Source: an uncultured Chloroflexia bacterium
GTDB taxonomy: Bacteria; Chloroflexota; Limnocylindria; Limnocylindrales; CSP1-4
Direction: 5' to 3'
NCBI GenBank assembly: GCA_963720755.1
Contig: CAVRGP010000015.1
Location: 192,001 to 256,000, forward strand
DNA: 64,000 nt
The notes under the pieces were generated by a model, which worked only from the letters and a program-made list of their open reading frames with translations, ran no database searches and had not been told where the DNA came from. The translations under genes were made by a program, and so were the position numbers. Below are positions 9,189 to 18,549 of this stretch, in pieces; the stretch's first letter is position 1; every line of letters starts with the position of its first letter.

Positions 9189-10214
9189 ATGGTTACCGAC
9201 GATCATCTCGTTCCGTCAGCTGCCTTCGACACCGCCCGCGATCGGATCGCCGGGTTGATCCACCGGACGCCACTGCTGACGTCGTCGACGGCGGCGACCT
9301 GGGTGACCGCCGCGACCGGCGTCCGGATCGGCGACGGCCAGCTCTACCTGAAGGCGGAGCACCTCCAGAAGACGGGCTCGTTCAAGGCCCGCGGCATGTC
9401 CAACCGGATGATGACTCTGTCCGACGATATCCGGCGCCGCGGAGTCATCACGATGTCGGCCGGCAACGCGGGCCAGGCCTACGCCTGGGCCGGACGGACG
9501 GCCGGTGTCGAAGTGACGATCACGATGCCGGCGGCCGCCGTCCAGGCGAAGGTCGATGCCTGCCGTGGCTACGGGGCCAGCGTCGTCCTGGTGGGTTCGC
9601 ACATCGGCGAGACCTTCGCGGCGATGGAGCGGCTGCGCGACGAGCGAGATCTCGAATTCGTCAGCCCGTTCGACGACCCGGCCGTGATCGCCGGCCATGG
9701 CTCGATCGGCCTGGAGTTGCTCGAGGATCAGCCCGACATCGACGTCGTGGTCGTCGGCGTCGGCGGTGGCGGACTCATCTCGGGGATCGCCGGGGCGATC
9801 AAGGAACGCCGTCCCGCGACGCGGGTGTACGGCGTCGAGCCCGAGCGGTCGAACGCGGTCAGCCTCGCCCTCGACAGCGGCGAGATCACGACGATCCAGC
9901 CGCACAGTGTCGCCGACGGATTGAATGCGCCGTTCGCCGGCACCTGGACGCTCGCGATGTGTCAGCGCTACCTGGATGGGATCGTGCTGCTCGATGAACC
10001 GACGATCCTGGCGGGGATGCGGTTCGCCAATGAGCGGATGAAGCAGGTACTCGAGCCGGCGGGAGCCGCCGCCCTGGCCGCCGTGCTGGCCGGCCGGATC
10101 CCCGTTCGCGAGGGCGAGCGCGTCGCGGTGGTGGCCTCGGGCGGCAACGTCGAGGTCGGCCGGATCGGCGAATTCCTGGCCGGGGCCGGGACGTTGCCCG
10201 GGGCGCTGGCCTGA
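9189..10214 (+). CDS. PLP-dependent threonine/serine dehydratase
   Basis: LKAEHLQKTGSFKARG, SAGNAGQ, VGVGGGGLISG, EPAGAA, SGGN. Confidence 0.9.
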   Translation: MVTDDHLVPSAAFDTARDRIAGLIHRTPLLTSSTAATWVTAATGVRIGDGQLYLKAEHLQKTGSFKARGMSNRMMTLSDDIRRRGVITMSAGNAGQAYAWAGRTAGVEVTITMPAAAVQAKVDACRGYGASVVLVGSHIGETFAAMERLRDERDLEFVSPFDDPAVIAGHGSIGLELLEDQPDIDVVVVGVGGGGLISGIAGAIKERRPATRVYGVEPERSNAVSLALDSGEITTIQPHSVADGLNAPFAGTWTLAMCQRYLDGIVLLDEPTILAGMRFANERMKQVLEPAGAAALAAVLAGRIPVREGERVAVVASGGNVEVGRIGEFLAGAGTLPGALA

Positions 10215-10235
10215 TCGTCGCCAGGCCGCCGGTGG

Positions 10236-10643
10236 TCAGTCGACCCCGAGTTCGTGCAGGCGTTCGTCGTCGATCCCCAGGTGGTGGGCCAGCTCGTGGA
10301 CGACCGTGATCCAGACCTCGTCGGCGAGATCGTCGGGGTCACGGAAGTCTTCCTCGAGCGGCCGCCGGAAGAGCGTGATGCGGTTGGGGATGGCCGCCCA
10401 GTCGGCGCCCCACTCGGTCCGCGGGACCCCTTCGTACAGGCCGTAGAGGGTCTCGTCGTCGGGGACGTCGTTCTCGCGACGTTGCTCCGGTGATGGCTCG
10501 TCGGCGATGACCACGGCCACCTCGTCCAGCGCCGCTGCGAACGGATCCGGGATGGACTCGAGCGCGAGATCGACGAGCTCTTCGAACGGGCGGCGGCGCG
10601 TGCGGAGGTGAGCGGCCCGGGATCCGCGGCGGTGTTTGACCAT
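10236..10643 (-). CDS. Zincin-like metallopeptidase family protein
   Basis: LYGLYEGVP, PNRITLFRRP, TVVHELAHHLG. Confidence 0.88.
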   Translation of the reverse strand: MVKHRRGSRAAHLRTRRRPFEELVDLALESIPDPFAAALDEVAVVIADEPSPEQRRENDVPDDETLYGLYEGVPRTEWGADWAAIPNRITLFRRPLEEDFRDPDDLADEVWITVVHELAHHLGIDDERLHELGVD

Positions 10644-10664
10644 GGCGCTCGTATCCTAGGGGCG

Positions 10665-11600
10665 ATGCAGCCGATCCCGCCGCCTGACCCTGTCGCAGCG
10701 CCCGACGGTTTCGTGGTGGTCGTCGATCCCGGCGACCGGATCCACTTCCTCGACTGGGGCGGGCCCGGCCGCGCCGACGACCCGGGTCGCGCGGGCGTCC
10801 TGCTCATCCACGGCATCTCGGCCACCGCCTGGTCGTGGGCGCCGGTCGCGCGCCGCCTGCGTGCCATCCGCCATGTCGTCGCCATGGACCTGCGTGGGCA
10901 CGGGCTGTCGGATGCGCCGGTCGACGGCTACGACGCGACATCGCTCGCCGACGACGTCGTGGCGGTCGCGGAAGGCTCGGGCCTCCTGGCCACCACCGAT
11001 GATCGGCTGATCCTTGCCGGGCACGGGTTCGGGGCGATCGTGGCCGCATGGGCCGCGCTCGCACTCGGCGAGCGGTGCGCCGGGCTCGTGCTCGTGGACG
11101 GCGGCTGGGAGTCCCTCGAAGAGGCGAGTGGCCTGGACATCGACGAATTCCTGCGCGGTCTCGATGAGCCGCCTGAGGTGATGCGCTCCATGGACGCGTT
11201 CCTGGCCGACCGGGTCGCGTTCGATCCGGCCACCTGGGACGTCGACCAGGAGCGGGCCGCGCGGGCGACCGTCGTCGAGACGCATGCCGGCAAGGTCGTG
11301 CCGGCCACGCGGCCACACGCGCTCGAGGCCAGCGTGCGGGCCATGTTCGCGTATGAGCCGGTGTCGGCCCTGACGAGCGTGCCCGGGCCGATCGTCGCGC
11401 TCGTCGCCGCCAGCGACGCGGCAGGTCCCCGAGTCAGGGCCCTCGCCTCGGTCTCTACGGCCCGTGCGGACCGCGGCCTGACCCGGATCCGAGCCTCGTC
11501 GTTCCCCCACACGGGCCACAACCTGATGCGCTACCGTCCGGATGCGGTGTGCGCGGCGATCCTGTCGGTCGACGACGCCGGCGCGACCCCGGAGGTATGA
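10665..11600 (+). CDS. Alpha/beta hydrolase fold protein lacking the catalytic serine
   Basis: LIHGI, MDLRGHGLS, GHGFG in place of GHSxG, LVLVDGG, GHNL. Confidence 0.8.
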   Translation: MQPIPPPDPVAAPDGFVVVVDPGDRIHFLDWGGPGRADDPGRAGVLLIHGISATAWSWAPVARRLRAIRHVVAMDLRGHGLSDAPVDGYDATSLADDVVAVAEGSGLLATTDDRLILAGHGFGAIVAAWAALALGERCAGLVLVDGGWESLEEASGLDIDEFLRGLDEPPEVMRSMDAFLADRVAFDPATWDVDQERAARATVVETHAGKVVPATRPHALEASVRAMFAYEPVSALTSVPGPIVALVAASDAAGPRVRALASVSTARADRGLTRIRASSFPHTGHNLMRYRPDAVCAAILSVDDAGATPEV

Positions 11601-12727
11601 CCAGCGCGATGGACGTCGTCTACTCACCAGCCCACCTCGGGCACGACATCACGGTCGAGACGTACATGGGCGTCCCGGTCCCGGCCAACGAGGTCGCGGA
11701 GCGGGCCGAGCGGATCCGGACCACGCTCGAGGCCGACGGAGGGTTCGAGACCGTCTCGCCCACCGCCCATGGCGAGGACCCGATCACAGCCGTTCACGAG
11801 CCGGCCATGGTTCGCTTCCTCGAGGTCGCCTGGTCCGAGCTTCGAGCGCAGTCGATCGACCGGCCGTTCCTGACCGCCGATACGTATCCCAATCGAGCCA
11901 TGTTCGAGGGGATGTCCGAGGCGGCCGTGGCGACCTTCGTGCGGGAGCCCGTCCACGTCGGGGGGCGGGCCGGGTTCTGGGGCCTCGATTCAGCTGTGCC
12001 GCTGGTCGCGGGAACCTACGTCGCCGCCCGATCCGCGGTCGACGTCGCCCTGACCTCGATGGACCTGGTGCTCGGTGGCGCACCCGCGGCCTACGGACTC
12101 TGCCGGCCGCCTGGTCATCACGCCGCCCGCTCGATGTACGGCGGGTACTGCTTCTTCAACAATGCGGCGATCGTCGCCGAAGCGGTCACCCAGGCGACCG
12201 GTGAACGAGTGGCGATCCTCGACCTGGATTACCACCACGGCAACGGGAGCCAGCAGATCTTCTGGCGACGCGGCGACGTCCGCTACGTCTCCATCCACGT
12301 GGACCCCGATCACGAGTACCCGTTCTTCCTGGGCCGAGCCGACGAGGTGGGCGAGGGCGAGGGCCGTGGCGAGAACCTCAACCTCCCGCTTCGACCCGGG
12401 ACGACCAACGCGGGATACCTGGCTGCCGTCGATCGAGCGCTTGAGGCGATCCTCGCGGTGCCCGGGTCGATCGTCGTCGTGTCCCTCGGATTCGACACGT
12501 ATGGCCTGGACCCGATCGGGACATTCGCCCTGACGACGGATGTCTACCACGAGGTGGGCCGGCGCACGGCATCGCTCGGCCGCCGTCTGGTGATCCTCCA
12601 GGAGGGCGGCTATCACCGGCCGTCGCTCGGCGAGAACGCACGCGCCTGGTTGCGTGGCGTGGACGGGCGTCCGTTCGACCCGCTGCCGGCGGCCGGGTTC
12701 GGGGCGGATGGCACAGTCGCCGGCTAG
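11597..12727 (+). CDS. Histone deacetylase family / acetylpolyamine amidohydrolase-like
   Basis: RPPGHH, GGYCFFNNAA, DLDYHHGNG, SLGFD, QEGGY. Confidence 0.9.
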   Translation: MTSAMDVVYSPAHLGHDITVETYMGVPVPANEVAERAERIRTTLEADGGFETVSPTAHGEDPITAVHEPAMVRFLEVAWSELRAQSIDRPFLTADTYPNRAMFEGMSEAAVATFVREPVHVGGRAGFWGLDSAVPLVAGTYVAARSAVDVALTSMDLVLGGAPAAYGLCRPPGHHAARSMYGGYCFFNNAAIVAEAVTQATGERVAILDLDYHHGNGSQQIFWRRGDVRYVSIHVDPDHEYPFFLGRADEVGEGEGRGENLNLPLRPGTTNAGYLAAVDRALEAILAVPGSIVVVSLGFDTYGLDPIGTFALTTDVYHEVGRRTASLGRRLVILQEGGYHRPSLGENARAWLRGVDGRPFDPLPAAGFGADGTVAG

Positions 12728-13367
12728 ACGGGCGCCCGAAGCGCCGCTGTCCAGGGCAGGTCTGGCCCGCGCGGTCGAGGCACTGGCGGATCGGGACCGC
12801 GATCTGGCGGCGATCGTCGCCCGACACGGCGTTCCGCCGCTGTGGGACCGGCCGCCGGGCTTCGCGACGCTGCTCCACATCATCCTCGAGCAGCAGGTCT
12901 CCCTCGGGTCGGCGAGAGCAGCGTTCGATCGGTTGCGGGTCGCCGCCGATCCGTTGACGGCAGCGAGGTTCCTCGAACTGTCCGATGAAGAACTTCTGGC
13001 CGTCGGTTTCAGCCGGCAGAAAGCCCGGTACGGGCGCGCCCTGGCGGCAGCCGTCCACGAAGGGACGCTCGACCTCGACGACATGGCCTCCCTGGATGAC
13101 GACGCCGCCGATCAGGCACTCCAAGCCATCCCCGGCATCGGTCCGTGGACCTCCACGATCTACCGGATGATGGTCCTCGGACGACCCGACGTCTGGCCCG
13201 TCGGCGATATCGCCCTGGCGGCCTCGGTCGGAACGGTCAAAAGGCTCGACCACCGACCGGACGCGACCGAGTTGGCGACACTCGGTGAGGCCTGGCGACC
13301 CTGGCGATCCGTCGCCGCGCGCCTGTTCTGGCACGACTACCTGGCACGACGCGGTCGCGAGGGCTAG
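12708..13367 (+). CDS. DNA-3-methyladenine glycosylase II (AlkA-like, HhH-GPD)
   Basis: [34 protein letters not shown]. Confidence 0.88.
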   Translation: MAQSPARRAPEAPLSRAGLARAVEALADRDRDLAAIVARHGVPPLWDRPPGFATLLHIILEQQVSLGSARAAFDRLRVAADPLTAARFLELSDEELLAVGFSRQKARYGRALAAAVHEGTLDLDDMASLDDDAADQALQAIPGIGPWTSTIYRMMVLGRPDVWPVGDIALAASVGTVKRLDHRPDATELATLGEAWRPWRSVAARLFWHDYLARRGREG

Positions 13368-13438
13368 GCCCGTCGCGCAGCCTCGGCGCAGGGGATCGGC
13401 ACCCGTCGTACCATCGCCGCCTGCACAGGAGCCCATCC

Positions 13439-14134
13439 GTGTCCAGCCCGTCCGACCTTCCCAGTCACGTCCAGCGCATCGTCGATGAGATCGAGAGCGA
13501 GATCGGCGACGAACCGCTGCGTCCTGCGGCCGTCATCGAGGGCAACGGCAGCGACGGCCATGGTCCGGCGGGGCCGGTCGAATCGGCGGTCCGCCAGATC
13601 CTGGTCGAGATCGGCGAGGATCCGGAGCGCCAGGGTCTGACCGGGACGCCCGGCCGGGTCCACCGGATGTACACGGAGCTCACCGCCGGCTACCACGTCG
13701 ATCCAGATCGGTTGGTCAACGACGCGATCTTCGACATCGCCTACAGCGAGATGGTCCTGGTCAAGGACATCCCGTTCTATTCGCTCTGCGAGCATCACCT
13801 GCTGCCGTTCTTCGGGACGGCCGCCGTTGCCTACATCCCGCGCGGGCGAGTCATCGGCCTGTCCAAGATCCCGCGGGTGGTCGAGATGTATTCACGTCGT
13901 CTGCAGGTCCAGGAGCGGTTGACCCAGCAGATCGCCGAGTTCCTGCAGGACCGCCTCGATCCACAGGGGGTCGGGGTCGTCTTGGAAGCGACCCACCTGT
14001 GCGCTGCGATGCGCGGCGTTCGCAAGCCGGGCACGATCATGACCACCTCGTCCGTCCTCGGCTTGTTCCGGACTCGCGACCGGACGCGGGCCGAGTTCTT
14101 CGCCCACCTCGCCCGCCACTCGCCCGAGGGCTGA
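13439..14134 (+). CDS. folE: GTP cyclohydrolase I
   Basis: [44 protein letters not shown]. Confidence 0.97.
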   Translation: MSSPSDLPSHVQRIVDEIESEIGDEPLRPAAVIEGNGSDGHGPAGPVESAVRQILVEIGEDPERQGLTGTPGRVHRMYTELTAGYHVDPDRLVNDAIFDIAYSEMVLVKDIPFYSLCEHHLLPFFGTAAVAYIPRGRVIGLSKIPRVVEMYSRRLQVQERLTQQIAEFLQDRLDPQGVGVVLEATHLCAAMRGVRKPGTIMTTSSVLGLFRTRDRTRAEFFAHLARHSPEG

Positions 14135-14136
14135 CC

Positions 14137-14910
14137 GTGGACCTGGGGCTCGCCGGTCGCGTCGTCCTCATCACCGGTGCCGGTGGCGGTGCCGGCCCGA
14201 CGATGGCCCTGGCCTTCGCCGCCGAAGGCGCGTTCGTCGCCCTCCATCAGCGGACCTCCGGGCAGGAGACGGGTGCGCCGACCCGTGCCGAGTCGACCGC
14301 CGCCGAGATCGTCGCGGGTGGTGGGCGCGCCATTGCGGTGGCGGCCGACCTGACCTCATCGGACCAGGTCGACGCCGGCATCGAGCGGATCGCCCGGGAG
14401 CTCGGCCCGGTCGGCGTGCTGGTGACCGCGACGTCGGCATACCGGACGGAGCGGTTCGCGGAGATCTCCGATGCGTCCTGGACGTCGGTCATGGACGACC
14501 TGATCGGGGCGACGTTCCGGACATGTCGGGCCGTCGCGCCGGGGATGCAGGCAGCCGGCTGGGGCCGGATCGTGAACATCGCGGCCCGGTCCGGGCAGGT
14601 TGGCGTCTCGCGGGCCGCGCATTACTCGGCGGCGAAGGCGGCCATCGTGGGCCTGACCGCGTCGCTGGCAAAGGAACTCGGACCGTCGGGGGTCCTCGTG
14701 AACGCCGTGGCGCCGACGCAGATCCTGACCGTGAAGGCTGGCGTTCCGTCGATCCCCGATGAGCGCGCGGCGGTGCTGACGAAGTCGATCCCGGTGCGGC
14801 GACTGGCGACGCCGGACGACCTGGCCGCACTCGTGGTCTGGCTCGGCTCGGCGGCCAATACGTACGTGTCCGGCGAGACGATCGCCCTGACCGGCGGTGA
14901 TCAGCGCTGA
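14137..14910 (+). CDS. SDR family oxidoreductase
   Basis: ITGAGGGAG, YSAAK, VNAVAP, YVSGETI. Confidence 0.9.
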   Translation: MDLGLAGRVVLITGAGGGAGPTMALAFAAEGAFVALHQRTSGQETGAPTRAESTAAEIVAGGGRAIAVAADLTSSDQVDAGIERIARELGPVGVLVTATSAYRTERFAEISDASWTSVMDDLIGATFRTCRAVAPGMQAAGWGRIVNIAARSGQVGVSRAAHYSAAKAAIVGLTASLAKELGPSGVLVNAVAPTQILTVKAGVPSIPDERAAVLTKSIPVRRLATPDDLAALVVWLGSAANTYVSGETIALTGGDQR

Positions 14911-14964
14911 TCTTCGCGTCCCGAGGCGACCGCCACGGACCTCGGCGCTGGCTATCATGGGCGG

Positions 14965-15369
14965 ATGACCGACCGACCGATCAAGGTCCTCATCGCCAAA
15001 CCCGGCCTCGACGGCCATGACCGGGGCGCCAAGGTGCTCGCCCGAGGGCTGCGTGACGAGGGGTTCGAAGTCGTCTACACCGGCCTCCGGCAAACCCCCG
15101 AGATGATCGCGACCGCCGCCCTCCAGGAAGATGTCGATGTGGTCGGCCTGTCCATCCTGTCGGGTGCCCACATGACCCTCGTCCCGAGGGTGACCCGGCT
15201 GCTGACCGAACGCGGGATGGGCGACGTCCTCGTGACGGTCGGCGGGATCATCCCGGACGACGATGTCGTCGCATTGCGGGCCGCCGGCGTGGCCGAGGTC
15301 TTCGGGCCAGGCACGACGATCGGCCAGGTCGCCGACTACCTGCGGGCGAACGCACGATCGCGCGGCTAG
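14965..15369 (+). CDS. Acyl-CoA mutase cobalamin-binding small subunit
   Basis: [12 protein letters not shown] (DxHxxG), [15 protein letters not shown]. Confidence 0.95.
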   Translation: MTDRPIKVLIAKPGLDGHDRGAKVLARGLRDEGFEVVYTGLRQTPEMIATAALQEDVDVVGLSILSGAHMTLVPRVTRLLTERGMGDVLVTVGGIIPDDDVVALRAAGVAEVFGPGTTIGQVADYLRANARSRG

Positions 15370-15371
15370 GC

Positions 15372-16364
15372 GTGGGCGCGGACGTCGCGACCCGAGCAGC
15401 CGCACTCTCCGATGCCGCGATCGAGGGAGACCGGCTGGCCCTGGCCCGGTTGCTGACCGCGGTCGAGAACCGGACCGGGGTCGCCGAAGCGGCGTTGCGC
15501 CGGCTCTATCCGCTGGCTGGCCGATCCCACATCGTCGGGATCACCGGACCGCCGGGTTCGGGGAAATCGACCCTGGTGGCGGCGCTCATCGCCGAGGTCC
15601 GGCAGGCTGGCCGCACCGTGGCGGTCATCGCCGTGGACCCGTCGAGCCCGATCACGGGTGGCGCCCTGCTCGGGGATCGTGTCCGGATGCAGTCCTATGC
15701 GGACGACAACGATGTCTTCATCCGGTCGATGGCGTCGCGCGGTCACGCCGGCGGTCTTGCGTCGACATCGACAGCCGCGGCGGCGGTCCTCGCGGCTGCC
15801 GGGTTCGACCTGATCCTGATCGAGACGGTCGGAACGGGCCAGAGCGAGGTCGAGGTCGCCGCCGCCGCGGACACGACCGTGGTGTTGGAGGCGCCCGAGA
15901 TGGGCGACGAGGTCCAGGCGATCAAGGCCGGACTGCTCGAGGTGGCGGACCTGGTCGTCGTCAACAAGGGCGACAAGCCCGGAGCGCAACGGACGGCCGC
16001 ACAGCTGCGGGCGATGCTGGTCGCCAGCGCGCCGCGCCTCGACCCGGCCGAGAGCAGGTCCGGTCGGCCACAGCCGAAGCGGCCCGAGGTCCTGATCACG
16101 ACGGCGGCGACCGGCGACGGGGTTCCTGAGCTGCTCGCGGCACTCGATCGACACCGCGAAACCGGCCGGGCAGACGTTTCGGCCGCCGCCAGGCTCGCTC
16201 GGGCCGAAGCCCAGGTCTGGGCCATCGTCGCGGACCGCCTGCGCGAGCGGCTCCACGACATCGACCACGTCGAGGCGACGGCGTCGGTCCTCGGGGACGT
16301 CGCGGAGCATCGGATGGACCCGTATACGGCCGCGGATCGCCTGCTCGACGACGCTCGAGGCTGA
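15372..16364 (+). CDS. meaB: Mutase-associated GTPase MeaB
   Basis: GITGPPGSGKST, AVDPSSP.TGGALLGDRVRM, IETVGTGQSE, VNKGD. Confidence 0.95.
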   Translation: MGADVATRAAALSDAAIEGDRLALARLLTAVENRTGVAEAALRRLYPLAGRSHIVGITGPPGSGKSTLVAALIAEVRQAGRTVAVIAVDPSSPITGGALLGDRVRMQSYADDNDVFIRSMASRGHAGGLASTSTAAAAVLAAAGFDLILIETVGTGQSEVEVAAAADTTVVLEAPEMGDEVQAIKAGLLEVADLVVVNKGDKPGAQRTAAQLRAMLVASAPRLDPAESRSGRPQPKRPEVLITTAATGDGVPELLAALDRHRETGRADVSAAARLARAEAQVWAIVADRLRERLHDIDHVEATASVLGDVAEHRMDPYTAADRLLDDARG

Positions 16365-16409
16365 TCCACGCCGCGCCGACGCGGCGCCGGGCGACGTACC
16401 ATCGGGGTC

Positions 16410-17291
16410 ATGACAGATCCCATCGAGCAAATCTTCGTCGCCGGCGCCGGCCTCATGGGTCACGGCATCGCCCAGGTCCACGCCGCCATCGGCCTGCCGG
16501 TGACGCTGTACGAACCCGAGTTGAGCCGGGCGGAAGCCGGGCGCGACCGAATCCTGGGGAACCTCGAGCGGGCCGTCGCCAAGGGCAAGCTGACCGCGGA
16601 CGATCGCGACGCGATCATCGCCCGGGTCGAGCCGAGCGACGACCTGTCCAGCGTCGCCGACGCCGACCTCGTCATCGAGGCGGTCTTCGAGGACCTGGCC
16701 GTCAAGACGACCCTGTGGCGCCAGCTCGATGGGTTGGCACCTGCGAGCGCGATCTTTGCCAGCAACACCTCGTCGATCGCGATCCATCGGCTGGCCGAAG
16801 CGGTCGGGCAGGACCGGCGCAACCGCTTTCTCGGGATGCACTTCTTCAGCCCGGTCCCGGTCATGCCGCTCGTCGAGCTGATCCGCGGCCGTGACACCGC
16901 CGACGACACCGTGGCGGCGATCCGCGAGCTGTCCGAGGCGTTGGGCAAGCAGGTCATCGTGTCGGCCGATCGACCCGGATTCATCGTCAACCGGACGCTG
17001 ATGCCGTTCCTCGCCGAGGCGATGCGGGCGTTCGAGGAAGGCCTCGGCACCGCCGAGGACATCGACACCGGGGCGCGCGTCGGGCTCAACCACCCGATGG
17101 GACCGCTTGAGCTCGCCGACTTCATCGGGCTCGACGTCTGTCTCGGGGTGATGCGCGTCCTCGACGACGGGCTCAGTGGCGATCAGTTCCGTCCCCCGAG
17201 GGTCCTGATCGAGCTGGTCGACGCCGGGAAGCTCGGCCAGAAGACCGGCGAGGGCTTCCACACCTACCCGCGTCCGGCGAAGGGCTCATGA
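16410..17291 (+). CDS. 3-hydroxybutyryl/3-hydroxyacyl-CoA dehydrogenase
   Basis: GAGLMGHGIA, ASNTSS, GMHFFSPVP, PGFIVNR, HPMGPLELAD. Confidence 0.93.
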   Translation: MTDPIEQIFVAGAGLMGHGIAQVHAAIGLPVTLYEPELSRAEAGRDRILGNLERAVAKGKLTADDRDAIIARVEPSDDLSSVADADLVIEAVFEDLAVKTTLWRQLDGLAPASAIFASNTSSIAIHRLAEAVGQDRRNRFLGMHFFSPVPVMPLVELIRGRDTADDTVAAIRELSEALGKQVIVSADRPGFIVNRTLMPFLAEAMRAFEEGLGTAEDIDTGARVGLNHPMGPLELADFIGLDVCLGVMRVLDDGLSGDQFRPPRVLIELVDAGKLGQKTGEGFHTYPRPAKGS

Positions 17292-18529
17292 CCGCGCCGA
17301 CGGCCGGCGCGAACGGCCAGGTCTTCATCGTCAGCGCGGCCCGAACACCGATCGGACGGTTCGGCGGGGCGTTGAGCACGGTTCCCGCCACGGAGCTCGG
17401 CGGGGTCGCCATCCGGGCAGCCGTGGAGCGTGCCGGCGTGGACCCCGCGACGGCCAGTTTCGACGAGGTCTTGATGGGCCAGGTCCTGCAGGCCGGTGTC
17501 GGTCAGGCGCCGGCCCGCCAGGCGGCGCTCAGCGCCGGCCTGCCCGACGGGACGTCCGCCACGACCATCAATCGAGTCTGCGGTTCGGGCTTGAAGTCGA
17601 TCATGCTCGCCGCCGCGGAGATCCGGGCAGGCGACTCGGAGCTGGTCGTGGCTGGCGGGATGGAGTCGATGAATCGGGCGCCGTATCTCGTGCCCGGGGC
17701 ACGCTTCGGCCTGCGTCTTGGCAACGGCGAGCTGATCGACGCGACCGTCCACGACGGCCTGTGGTGCGCCATCGAGGATTGCCACATGGGCACCCACGCG
17801 GAGCGGGTCGCCATCAGCAACGAGGTCAGCCGGGAGGACCAGGACGCGTTCGCCCTGGAGTCGCACCAGAAGGCAGTCGCGGCCATCGATGCCGGCCGGT
17901 TCGATGCCGAGATGGCGCCGGTGACGGTCCGGGACGCCAAGGGGCGCGAGACGATCGTCGCCGTCGACGAAGGTCCGCGGCGTGACTCCACGATCGAAGC
18001 GCTGGCCCGCCTCAAGCCCGCGTTCGCGCTGCCCGACGGCGAGGATCGCGGGGCGGCCACGATGGGGACGGTCACCGCCGGCAACGCGCCCGGCATCACC
18101 GACGGCGCGGCTGCCACCGTGGTCGCGAGTGAGCGGGCGGTCGAGCGTCTCGGACTCGTCCCGATGGCGCGGATCGTCGGCTACGCCCAGGCCGAGGTGG
18201 CACCCAAGTGGCTCTTCCTGGCACCCATCGAGGGGGTTCGCCGCCTGCTCGAGCGTGTCGACCTGTCGATCGACGCGTTCGACCTGATCGAGATCAACGA
18301 GGCGTTCGCGGCGCAGACGCTGGCCGATGGACGGGCCTTGGGCTTCGACTGGTCGAAGGTCAACGTCAACGGCGGTGCGATCGCCATGGGTCATCCGATC
18401 GGCGCCAGCGGTGCGCGGATCGTCGCCACGCTCCTCCACGAACTGGCGCGCCGCGAGGGTCGTTACGGTCTGGCCACGCTGTGCCTCGGCGGTGGGGGAT
18501 CGGTCGCGATGGCGGTCGAACGGGTCTGA
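17288..18529 (+). CDS. Acetyl-CoA C-acyltransferase (thiolase)
   Basis: NRVCGSG, GGMESM, EINEAFA, GHPIGASG, CLGGG. Confidence 0.95.
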   Translation: MTAPTAGANGQVFIVSAARTPIGRFGGALSTVPATELGGVAIRAAVERAGVDPATASFDEVLMGQVLQAGVGQAPARQAALSAGLPDGTSATTINRVCGSGLKSIMLAAAEIRAGDSELVVAGGMESMNRAPYLVPGARFGLRLGNGELIDATVHDGLWCAIEDCHMGTHAERVAISNEVSREDQDAFALESHQKAVAAIDAGRFDAEMAPVTVRDAKGRETIVAVDEGPRRDSTIEALARLKPAFALPDGEDRGAATMGTVTAGNAPGITDGAAATVVASERAVERLGLVPMARIVGYAQAEVAPKWLFLAPIEGVRRLLERVDLSIDAFDLIEINEAFAAQTLADGRALGFDWSKVNVNGGAIAMGHPIGASGARIVATLLHELARREGRYGLATLCLGGGGSVAMAVERV

Positions 18530-18549
18530 TCGTGCCGTACGATGGATCG

